A DNA stretch of 64,000 bases from Octopus sinensis. Its lineage: Eukaryota. Position 1 is the stretch's first letter. Each line of letters starts with the position of its first letter. Both the position numbers and the translations under genes were made by a program. Shown here piece by piece: positions 53,158 to 64,000 of the stretch. A model generated the notes under the pieces. That model was not told the origin of the DNA. It did not search any database and saw nothing but the letters and a program-made list of their open reading frames with translations. The stretch spans positions 38,936,001 to 39,000,000 of the forward strand of contig NC_043006.1 of the NCBI RefSeq assembly GCF_006345805.1, given 5' to 3'.

Positions 53158-54255
53158 TTATAAATGTATATGAACATATTTGTATATATATAACACATAT
53201 TATAATATATAGATATGTAATAGATAAATTATATACAGATATATACATATATATTACCTACACATATATATACATATAGTTATATATGCATGTGTAAAGA
53301 TAGTTCTATTTACACACACACACACACACACATAGATTCAAACATACATACATACATACACACATGCATACATACATGCATGCATACATTTTATAACTAT
53401 ATCGTAAGGTTGCAGTCACATTTCGCCATTTAAATAGTTCTTCGGAGAATATAAAACATATTGTGATTTTTATTCCTGCTTAAATAAAGAACAAAAACTG
53501 GATGTGGTGGTGGTGGTAGTGGGGGGTGGAGAGGCAGGGAGCAAACAGATGGAGGGATACACCTAGAGAATAAGATCTATGCAGGAAGGAGGAGGAAAGA
53601 GAAGAGTAGAGGAGGAGGAGGAGGAGGAGTTCAATTTTAACAAGAATACAACGGAGAGCATGGAAGATAAAGGATAAAGACTAGAAAGGGAAACAAACGA
53701 GACGAGAAACTTTGATAGAAAATGTTGTCGTATTGAAAAGTCTGTTGAAGTAGTTTAAAGCTGTTTATGAAACAGTTGAGTTACGAGATTCTAATATTAT
53801 TTAAATAAAACAAGCCGTTTCTAGCTATCAAACATTTCATATACAATGTCTAGATTTACAAATAATATTTCTCTTTTGGTAGGGATGCTTTAATTAATGT
53901 ACTCTGTATGGCAGCTAAAGTATAAATCATGTTTTTTAATCTGGTATCAAGTATACTGATAATTCTAGTTTTGACTTAATTAGTATTCATTAAGAAAGAC
54001 ATGGGTGCTATTAGTTTGCAATCAATTTATATATCAACAATGAAGTCTATTTGCATGGCAAGGTTAAATGTATGTTTATTAAACATAGGCATGTAATTTT
54101 ATTTATGATCCGATCCAGAATGTGGCTGTCTTAGAGACCTATATATTGATTGGAGACTTGTGTCTTAAGAATGGCAGTTACAGGCTTACAAATTTCTACA
54201 TTTTATGCAAAGATTTACAATGAAGCTTACATTCTCGAATATAATACAATTTATA

Positions 54256-54612
54256 CCATCAAGGACTCCAAATTTGCCATCAAGATGTAGGACAAGATAC
54301 TGTGATAGCCTGAGCATCAGAGGTCCACAACTCTTCAATATCCTCCCGAAGGACCTGAGAGACTAGCATGGGGTGGATGCAGATGTCTTTAAGATAAAGC
54401 TGGACCTCTTCCTGTCAGGTGTCCCAGATGAACCAACTTCACGGCAGGAGGTGCAGATGAGGGCAGCTGCATCAAACTCTCTTATGCACCAAATGTCAAT
54501 TGCTAAAAAGCATTCGGGAAGTAAAATCATGTAGCAACACCGAATGGCAGTGCCCCAGCATAGCCACAGCTCGTGAGCTGAAACTAGATAAAATGAAAAA
54601 AAAAAAATGAAA
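54256..54612 (+). mobile_element. CR1-group LINE 3' end with tail shared with SINE family A
   Basis: 54256-54534 reads ...RYCDSLSIRGPQLFNILPKDLRD*HGVDADVFKIKLDLFLSGVPDEP...RAAASNSL; then gtgccccagcatagccacagctcgtgagctgaaac and an A-rich end. Confidence 0.85.
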
Positions 54613-55273
54613 TATATGACAGAACACACAGGCACAGTCATAAACACATCATCATACTCATCTTCATCAAGCATCCGTTTTCCATGCTGGTATGGGTTAG
54701 ATGGTTCGACTGGAATTGGTAAGCCGGAGAGCTGCACCAGGTTCCAGTCTGGCATGGTCTCTACAGCTGGATGCCTTTCCTGACACCAACCACTCCAAGA
54801 GTGTAACAGGTGCTTTTTTACATGCCACTGGCATCAGCAGGTGCCAGTTATGTGACACCGGCATCAGCCACAGCTATGATTTCACTTGGCTTGATGAGTC
54901 TTGACCAGTATGATTGTATTGTGTGTGTCTATGAGTTTTGGCTTGTAGTTTATTGTCCTTTTGATCTAACTCTGTTCACTTACTGCAACATTATATTGGT
55001 GTGTATATATTTCACTTAGGCATTGCAGCTCTGATAAAACTGTAAGGTATTACTCAACTATGAGTCCACCACATGGGAACATTGGTATTTATCTCCATTT
55101 TGGATGAAAATACCAAAATGGAGACAAGTCCCAACATTCCCATATGACAGGTTTGATAATTGTTAAGAGATTCCTCTTACATGAAACCATTGGTAGCTTT
55201 GTTGACCCACAAATGAAGAATATTTATCCACCAATGCATTGCTGAGCACTTATTCTCACTGCTCGATATTAAC

Positions 55274-55318
<45 letters not shown>

Positions 55319-55494
55319 CATCACTCAGCTGAGTTGGTGTCAGGAAGAGCATCCAACCATAAAAACCATACCAAAATAGATACAGAAGTCTGATGCAGTC
55401 TTCTGCCTGGCTGGCTCCTGTCAAACCATCCAACCCATACCAGCATGGAAGGCAGACATTCAATGATGATGATAAACGATGATTATATATATAT

Positions 55495-55898
55495 ATTCTT
55501 TTATTCTTTTATTTGTTTCGGTCATTTGACTGCGGCCATGCTGGAGCACCCGGGGTTTATTCTTTGTAAAACTAGTACTTATTCTATTGGTCTCCTTTGC
55601 CGAACTGCTAACATGGACGTAAACACACCAGCATTGGTTGTCATGTGATGTTGGGGGGGGGGGGAACAAATACAGACATACAAATACACACACCCGCATA
55701 CATATATATATATATATATTACATACATATATACGACGGGTTTCTTTCAGTTTCTGTCTACCAATTCCACTCACAAGGCTTTGGTCAAGCCGAGGCTATA
55801 GTAGAAGACAGCTGCCCAAGATGCCACGCAGTGGGACTGAACCCGTAACCATGTAGTTGGTAAGCAAGCTACTTACTACACAACCACTCCTGCGCCTA
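55495..55898 (-). mobile_element. SINE family A, full-length copy
   Basis: Head ggcgcaggagtggttgtgtag through to the (AAAAG/AATA) tail. Confidence 0.85.
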
Positions 55899-56356
55899 TT
55901 ATATATTATATATATGCATAGACATAGACAAGCACATACATATAAAGATATCATTTTCTTCACTCCTATGAAATAAACACGGAATACAATTTTACAATTG
56001 AATTCTAATTACAGATATAATCAAATAACCTCGTATGAAATATATTCCTCTTTTAAAAGATGCAAACTGAATGGACTAATTAAATTCACACTTATAGCAA
56101 AGAATGGATTCACAGCCAACTTAACATCAGTAGAACAGAGTTCATTAATAGCGATGGTAGTTGCAAAGTATTGGATTGTGTTGGAAGAAGCAAGAGGAAT
56201 ATGATGAACCAAGAGTATATTTCCCTTGTCTTAATAGATGCCTATCAATAGCAGATACATGCTATACAATGGAAGTGACCTGGAACCGAGAGAAAATTGC
56301 TTGAACAATAAAAGTGGATTAGTATATGTATGGGTATATACATACACATACACACA

Positions 56357-56428
<72 letters not shown>

Positions 56429-56460
56429 CATCCAACCATCCATCTATCTATCTATATATA

Positions 56461-56980
56461 TGTGGTCTAATCAATAAGTATCTGGATTGTTGCCATGGTA
56501 ACAAAGCTAAAGCACTCAGAGTGAAGCTGCTTGGCACAGAGTGAAGCTGCTTGGCACAGAGTGACCTTGAACTCTGTTGTGCATGTACACTAAGTTTTAA
56601 CATTCTAGCTTACTTCTGCTGTTTACAGCAGTGCTTGGAAGGAAGGTGTGTAGCATATAATCATTGCAATGAACATGACAGAGAAAGTTTAGCAGAGAAT
56701 CTACATCAAATTTGCCAAAAGCTTGGCGATACCATCTCAGAGGCCTAGGCAAAGTTTTCAAAAAGTTATCATCATTCTCAACAGAATCAAGATCTTGTGC
56801 AAGTGAAACCTGAGTGTCTTTTTGGTCATCTGAAAGCAGTTTTGCACAGACTTGGCAGACGTGTGTCTCATTCCCAAATCTTCAGTGATAAACTGAAATG
56901 AACTGCAATTAATCTGCATATTCTCTGATAACTCACAGATGGTGGTTCAACGATTTCCTCTTGGTGAAATTCAGCAAAGT
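56461..56980. mobile_element. Rearranged mariner remnant: + strand 5' end joined to an inverted transposase fragment
   Basis: + from 56675: MTEKV*QRIYIKF/CQKLGDTISEA; - strand 56765-56980: TTICELSE...ITEDLGMRHTSAK...KLLSDDQKDTQVSLAQDL. Confidence 0.8.
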
Positions 56981-57032
<52 letters not shown>

Positions 57033-57084
57033 TATATATATTAGATATATATATATATGTTAGGATGTATATGTATATATTACT

Positions 57085-57452
57085 ACAGCCTCCGTCGGTT
57101 ATGACGACTAGGGTTCCAGTTGATCTCATCAACGGAACAGCTTGCTCGTGAAATTAAGGTGCAAGTGGCTGAGCACTCCACAGACATGTGAACCCTTAAA
57201 TTAGTTCTCGGGGAGATTCAGTGTGACACAGAGTGGGACAAGGCTGGCCCTTTGAAATACAAGTACATCAGAAACCGGAAGAAAGAGTGAGAGAAAAAGT
57301 ACAGCAGGGTTCGCCATTATCCCCTGCAGGAGCCTCGTGGAGATTTAGGTGTTTTCGCTCAATAAACACTCACAATGCTTGGTCTGGGAATTGAAACCGT
57401 GATCCTATGATCTCGAGTCCGCTGCCCTAACCAGTGGGCCATTGCACCTCCA
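57085..57452 (-). mobile_element. SINE family C, full length
   Basis: Head homologous to 5660-5813; 3' half homologous to 13000-13170. Confidence 0.85.
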
Positions 57453-57614
57453 TGCACGAAGTATATACACACATGCACACATATATATACATATAAATAT
57501 TTACATACACACAAACATACATGCAAACACACACACGTATGGGTATACGTATGATTTATTCGAGTATTTCTCCCCTTGGCAAAATTTAAGTCAGTCTCTG
57601 AAAGAATGAAAAGT

Positions 57615-58025
57615 ATGTGTAAGTGCATGTGTGTGTCAGTGTAATGGTGTGTGTGTGCATGTGTGTGATAGTGTGTGTGATGGTATGATGGTGTGTGTGT
57701 ATGATAATGTGTGTGTGTGATGGTGTGTGTGTGATAGTGTGTGTGTGTGATGGTGTATATGCATGTATGTATGAGTGTAATGGTGTATGTGTGTGTGTGC
57801 ATGTGTGTGATGGTGTGCATGCATGTATGTGATGGTGTGTGTGTGCATGTGTGTGTGATAGTGCATGTTTGTATGTGATGGTGTGTGTATGCATATGTGT
57901 GTGATAGTATGTGTGTGTGTGCATGTGTGTGTGTGTGATGGTGTATGTGCATGTATGGTGTGTGTGTGTGTGTGTATGAGTGTGTGTGTGTGTGTGTATG
58001 TGTGTGTGTGTGTGATGGTGTGTCT
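57615..58025. repeat. (GT)n-based minisatellite with GATGG/GATAG/GCAT interruptions
   Basis: Direct inspection; source of the His/Thr-rich ORFs. Confidence 0.9.
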
Positions 58026-58261
58026 GCAAGTGTATGTATCTGTAAAACTGTTTCATACACTGAATTATCTAGCCAAACAAAGTTTCCATATGTTCCATCA
58101 AGAGAGCAACAAATTCAAGCATGCCTGAGTATTCCTCAGGCAATTGTACTTTTCACATAGTCTGCAGGCATAATATGTGTAATACTGAATGGGATTAGAA
58201 TGGCTCATGGAATTACAGTGAGTAACTTATTCACAATTCTCAATATACAAATACATGTATC

Positions 58262-58860
58262 ATATAGTGAGAATTTACAAAAAGACAAAAGATGAAGTTG
58301 GATATGTAAACAACAAACAGATGTATTAGTTTAATGCTCGGGAAGTGAGAAAGCTTTTCATGTTTCGAGCCTATGCTCTTCTGCAGAAAGAAACACAGAA
58401 ATAAACAGGGAGAGAAAATAGAAAAAGGTTTAGTGGCTAGCGATCTATCATGGTGAATCTCTGTAATATATACATTATATATCGTGAGAATTTACAAAAA
58501 TAAAAGACAAAGATGGGTGTGTAAACAACAAACAGATGTATTAGTTTAATGCTTGGGAAGTGAGAAAGTCTTTTACATTTCGAGCCTGCACTCTTCAGCA
58601 GAAAGGAACACAGAAATAAAAAGGGAGAGGAAAAAGAAAAAGAATTAGTGGCTAGGGATCTATCATGGTGAACAAGAGCAGGTTGAGAGAAATGACAATA
58701 GGAAAGAGCACTAAGTACAAAAAGTTTAGAAAAGTTCAAAAGGTTCAAACGTCATGGTGTATTGGAGTGATTTCTCATCAAAGAAAGAGTCCAGTGTAAT
58801 ACATGGGTAGGAGAGATGCAGCCGAAGTGTAGGAGTCCAGGTTATGAGCCATGTCTCACT
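58262..58860 (-). mobile_element. PLE-like element with two tandem ~215-bp terminal repeats, each with a minimal hammerhead-like motif
   Basis: Repeats ~58267-58457 and ~58484-58672; motifs at 58354-58390 and 58570-58605 (cttt-CTGCxGA-a-gag...ctc-GAAA...aaag). 58720-58840 is homologous to 16815-16935 in reverse orientation. Confidence 0.65.
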
Positions 58861-59712
58861 AATCACAGGTTTGCCTGTGATAACACACGTTGGCAATCAT
58901 TTGAAAACTCTGGTTATACTACAAAAACATGACCCAGGGACCACCGGCAGTTCTCAGCTGCTACCTAATATTTTCTGACTGTCACCAGACCATGCAGTGA
59001 GGCTGTATGGTTTGTTTTATAGATTTATATACTCTAACCCTTCAACATGGGACCAGTAAACAGAAAAAATACGAAGGTGATGGTACTACACAAAAAGTAC
59101 CTTTTTTTGCATCACATAAAAAGCACCCAGTTCACTCTGTAAAGGGGGTGGCATTTGGAGGCACATCCTGTGATAGAAAACATGTCAAAACAGACAGTTG
59201 GGGCCTGGTGCAGCTCTCCAGCTTACCACCTCCTGTCAAACTATTCAACCCATACCAGCATGGAAAACGGACATTTGATGATGATGATGACGATGATATG
59301 CCTGATCCCAAAACATGATGCAAACAAATGTATTTTTCTACAGGGAAAGATAGAGATGATTAAGAAAATACACGAAGGTGGAAGCTTTGCTGCTGTAGAC
59401 TGTTAAGTTTAATGTCAATGAATCTTAAGCATTCTTTCTGTTTACTAACTGCGCAGAGACGACCCATTCATCACTGGGATTTTTTTTGCAACAAAACTTC
59501 TCTGATAAACGAAGATGTATTAATATTTGTATATCTTCCGTGTTTTGAATTTATATCCTTGCATGGATATTGGACTACATTATCTTAGCTCTGCTCCAGA
59601 TTATTGTAGCTCAGTGAAGGATAAGCATAGAGATGATTTATTTATCATTCTGCTTTTTGGAACCAAACTTCCTTGATAAATGAAGATGTATTAATATTCA
59701 ATTCTACTTTAA

Positions 59713-60197
59713 ACCTTTTGATAGCAACTTGGCTGAAACTAGTTCTGACACTGTAGTACAAAAACGTTTTGTTTTAATAAGTTTTGAATTAAAATCTTCC
59801 ACCAAACCGTAATCACAATTTATGTTCTTAACACTAGCTGAATGATAACTAAGTTATTTTACTAAATTCTTCATTGTATTTAAGATTGATTGAAAGAAAC
59901 ACAGAGCATCTCAACAGAAATATGATCGTAAAAGAGTTAAAATATATAATAAAGAAATAATTCTTTACTCTCTTCATACCAGCCCGGCAGAAACCGCTTC
60001 TGGTTCTGCAGTACAAATGTCTTGTTTTCTTGTTTTCATAAGTTCTGAATTAAAATCTTCCAACAAACCTTAGTCACAATTTATGTACTTAACACTAGTT
60101 TCATGATAACTAAGTTAATTTACTAAATTCTTTGTTATATTTAAAATCAATTGAAAGAAACACAAAACATCTCAACAGAAATATGGTAACGAAAGGT
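59713..60197. mobile_element. Second tandem dimer of the ~221-bp TTAA MITE, opposite orientation
   Basis: Same two units and a near-identical spacer (aatatataataaagaaataattc) to 30474-30947. Confidence 0.85.
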
Positions 60198-60420
60198 TTA
60201 AGACAGCGAGCTGGCAGAATTGTTAGCACACTGGACGAAATACTAAGTGGCATTTCACGTGTCTTTACATTCTGAGTTCAAGTTCCACTGAGGTTGACTT
60301 TGCCTTTTGTCCTTTCAGGGTCGATAGAATAAAAACCAATTGAATACGGGGGTTCTCTCCCAAAATTTCTTGCCTTCTAACACAATTTGAAATCAATGTT
60401 TTGATCTACTCTAGATTAAT

Positions 60421-60641
60421 GTAGCTCAATGCTGGTTAAGCATTGCTGGTCACTGCTATTCTCTGAATACCAGCTGTATTAGATGTTATATTTTGGAGAC
60501 CTCCATTGTCTAATAAAGGCAAAAGACCGCTTGACTATATTGAAGTTATTGACAGAAACAAACAATATGAAACTGAGGATTTACTAAAGTTAATGGGCGA
60601 GAGAGAATTCTAGCACAGCATGATGAAACGCATTTTGGTTA
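60421..60641 (+). mobile_element. RTE-clade LINE C-terminal fragment
   Basis: WLSIAGHCY, frameshift, then PAVLDVIFWRPP...GKRPLDYIEVI...EDLLKLMGERE, matching the RTE C-terminal pattern. Confidence 0.7.
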
Positions 60642-60751
60642 TCACCTCTCTCTCGCTCTCTTGAAGAAGAAGATTATTGGGAACTCAGTATCCATTACAT
60701 AAATATATAGTAAAAGAAGTATAGGGAATATATATACAAATAATGTGCAGG

Positions 60752-60810
<59 letters not shown>

Positions 60811-60964
60811 TTATTTGTTTGTGTGTATGTATATATGCATACGTACATACATACATACATATATATATATGCATACATACATATACACATACATATATAT
60901 GCATGCATACATATACACATACCTATATATATATATGCATGCATGCATATACAGACATACATAT

Positions 60965-61004
<40 letters not shown>

Positions 61005-61314
61005 CGGACGTTAAACGACGATGATGATGATGATGATGATATATATATATATATATATATATGTGCATACATACATATACACATACATATATAAATACAT
61101 ATATTTATGTATATATCGATGAGTTGTTTATGCTCATAGAATTTTCTTCATCTTCATGCTATAAATAATAAGGAAACTTCAACCAAATCTGGCCAAACAT
61201 TCCATCAAAGATGACAAGTGTGATTTTCATATTTATTAGATTATATCTTTGTAATTTCAATAACACTAGTCTTCAGATATATTATATATATATACATATA
61301 TGTATGTGTGTGTT

Positions 61315-61361
<47 letters not shown>

Positions 61362-62105
61362 GCATACATTATATATGTATATAGAAATAGATAGATAGGT
61401 AGATAGATAGATAGGCAGAGAGATAGATAGAGAGATGAATAGGTATGTGGATGGATTGATAGATAGATGGCTAGCTAGATTATTTTCATTCAATTATGGC
61501 TACAATCTTCACATGATCGCTGCTCTCCCATTCTTACACACATACAATTCCGCACCCTACAAGATCCTTGCTAGAATCCCACCAGCCTCGTCGTGTTCGC
61601 AATACGCCAGCCTCTCCGTCCGCCTCCTGCTTCCCCCCCCCATCACCAAAATCTCTTACTCCCCACAATACACCCTCGTAAAATTCCATGAATCTCAGTC
61701 ACAGCAAACAGAAACCCCTACTCCTCACCCCACCCCACCGCCGCCTCCTTTCTCTTTCCTCTCCTTCCTCTCCTTCCTCCCTAACCCCACCCTGAAAATG
61801 TCTTTAGTTTTTGCATCATTCAGAATCCATGGAGCAAATCTGACAATATCTTGGATAAATGTCTAATGTGAAGCTACGAGGATGGGTGCACGGAGAGGAG
61901 GACGGGGGGAGGGGGAGGAAGAGGAGGACGGTTGGGGTGGTGTTTTTCCTTGTCTCTTCTGATAGAGGTTTTGGAAGGAGTTCTATGTGAGTGTGTGTGT
62001 ATGCATGTGTGGGTGTGTGGTTGTGTATGCATATGGTGTGTGTGCATGTGTATATATACATATGTGCATGTTTTTTAGGTGTGTGTGTGTGTGAATGTGT
62101 ATAGG

Positions 62106-62137
<32 letters not shown>

Positions 62138-63739
62138 GCATGTATGTATGTGTGTGCCTGTGCATGCTTGTGCGTAAATATGTGTGTGTGTGTGTATAGA
62201 TGCATTGTGAGTGTACACATGCATAAGATGTGTGTGCGTGGTTGTGTGTATATGTGCATGTGTATAGATGTGTGTGTGTGGTTGTGAGTGAGTGTGTGTG
62301 TGCATGTGTATAAGATGTGTGTGTGTTTATGTGTACATTTGTCTAAACATTCAGTAATGGTTGCATATGAGCAGCATCTTCATCAAACAAGCAAAGTTGT
62401 TCAGCTCCTGTCTTCTGTGAAAGAAATGTCTGACTATGGGGAAAATATTACCTTGTTTGGAAGTAGGTGAGGGTTGGCAATTGGAAGGACATCTGGTCAC
62501 AGAAACAGAATCGGCCTCAACAAATTTCGTCTGACGCATGCTAGCATAGAAAAGTGGTCGTTAAATGAAAAGGAAATGAAAATTAAATTGATAATCATCT
62601 GTAGGTTACCCAATGTGCTAATAAACTTGTAACTCCAAGTTAATTTTAATTCAACAGACCTCTAATCAAAGGCCTTCCAGCCATGACCATTTGATCTAGT
62701 TTTAGAAAAAAATTATCTAAAATGACATTGTTCAATGTATCCTTTTATATTTTTAAAGAAGGTAAAATGTTGCTTGCGTTTTAGGTAGATTTGGTTGTTA
62801 TTTCTAACAGGTCAAACCACATAGACGTTCCCTCACTTAGTCTGTGGAAGTGTTGTGGAGTGGTTTATAAGTTTTTAGTCAGCTGAATTTCTGGTGGTAC
62901 AGGTTCAACTTCCAGTTGAGCTACTCCGTCTTACTTCACATCTCACACTTGCAATTCCAGGCCATATGTCAAATAGAATTTGACAAGTCCACAAGATGTT
63001 ACCAGAAGATGAAGACTTTGATGATGATCTTACAACTCAATTAGGCTAACACTCATATTTCCATTTTCATCATAATTAAGCACTTTATATATGAAAATTT
63101 ATTAATCGTTTTCATTCCACTCCACCTGAGATTACACCTGGCTCTTTGACACAAAACTGCCAGGTATAAAGAGCTCCTATTAAAATTATAAATTGTCTTT
63201 TATCTGTTACTTGTTTCAATCATTGGACTGCGGCCATGCTGTAGATGATTTAGATCTCATACAGAAGCAGTTGCTGAAGCTGAAGGTGGATTTATTGAAT
63301 CACATTATAGAAAAGAAGGTTTATTTTTATCCTCATAGCATTTTTTATAAAGTTATTACCTGTTATTATATATCTGTTTTTTATATAAACATAAATCTGT
63401 CCTCAAATATCTTACACACACTGTATATAAAAAGAAATATATATGTCTATCTATATGTATATGACAAAAATCGTGACTGTGTAGATCAAAACTAATTTGG
63501 TCGAGAAAGATTTGGAGCATCTATAGAAATAAAGTCGTTATTAAAGAATCTCCTTGGAATTAAGTAAATACATTGATAAACCATTTTGTCATTTAGTGTT
63601 CAATCAAGAAAATGGTAATTATTGATTTCTTGGTTTGGCATTGGCAGAAAGCCTGAAATTTGGCAGCGGGGTGAATATAGTCAATTATGCCCCAGCATGA
63701 CCACAGTCTATTAAGTAAAACAAGCAAAGCTATAGAAAC

Positions 63740-64000
63740 AGTACCAGATCAGATGGGAGCCTGGTGCAGCCTCTTGGCATGCCAGTCCTCAATCAAACCG
63801 TCCAACCCATGCCAGCATGGAAAACGGACGTTAAATGATGATGATGCTGGTATGAGTACTTGACTGGTATTTTACTTCATTAGCTGTCATCATCATTTAC
63901 GTCTGTGTTCCAAGCTGGCAAGGGTTGGATGGTTTGACAGGAGTAAGCAAGCTGGAAGGCTGCACCAGGCTCCAATTGTCTGTTTTGATATGGTTTCTAT
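63740..64000. mobile_element. Two family D 3' fragments, tail-to-tail
   Basis: 63740-63846 (+, GAT tail) and 63887-64000 (-, catcatcat). Confidence 0.8.

Noticed and set aside
57359-58060. 233-aa His/Thr-rich ORF
   Set aside because: It spans a (GT)n minisatellite and runs into a SINE head.

Overview
AT-rich eukaryotic DNA, almost entirely repeats and microsatellites ((TA)n, (CA)n, (CATA)n, (GAT)n, (AAT)n). The SINE families resemble those I recall from octopus/coleoid cephalopod genomes; this is an inference, not a database result. I find no intact host protein-coding gene, rRNA, functional tRNA or CRISPR array. Nearly all ORF-track entries are microsatellite or SINE translations. Recognisable content: four abundant SINE-like families; decayed LINE fragments (R4/Dong-like RLE, Tx1/L1, RTE, CR1-like); Penelope-like element (PLE) remnants including a GIY-YIG endonuclease tail; mariner, hAT and TTAA-type MITEs; and a ~557-bp tandem duplication. 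The most interesting signal, read by eye and not folded computationally, is a set of type I hammerhead-ribozyme-like motifs (stem I-CUGANGA-stem II-GAAA-short palindromic stem III-UH-stem I). They occur in several unrelated short elements. Three are long foldback palindromes with a mirrored hammerhead in each arm (19.5, 25.1, 37.2 kb), two are tandem direct repeats (26.8, 58.3 kb), and one has a tRNA-like Pol III head joined to a hammerhead tail (35.4 kb), a candidate PLE-mobilised SINE. Hammerheads in PLEs and retrozymes are known; whether these families and architectures are already described cannot be judged without a search. Repeat boundaries are approximate.
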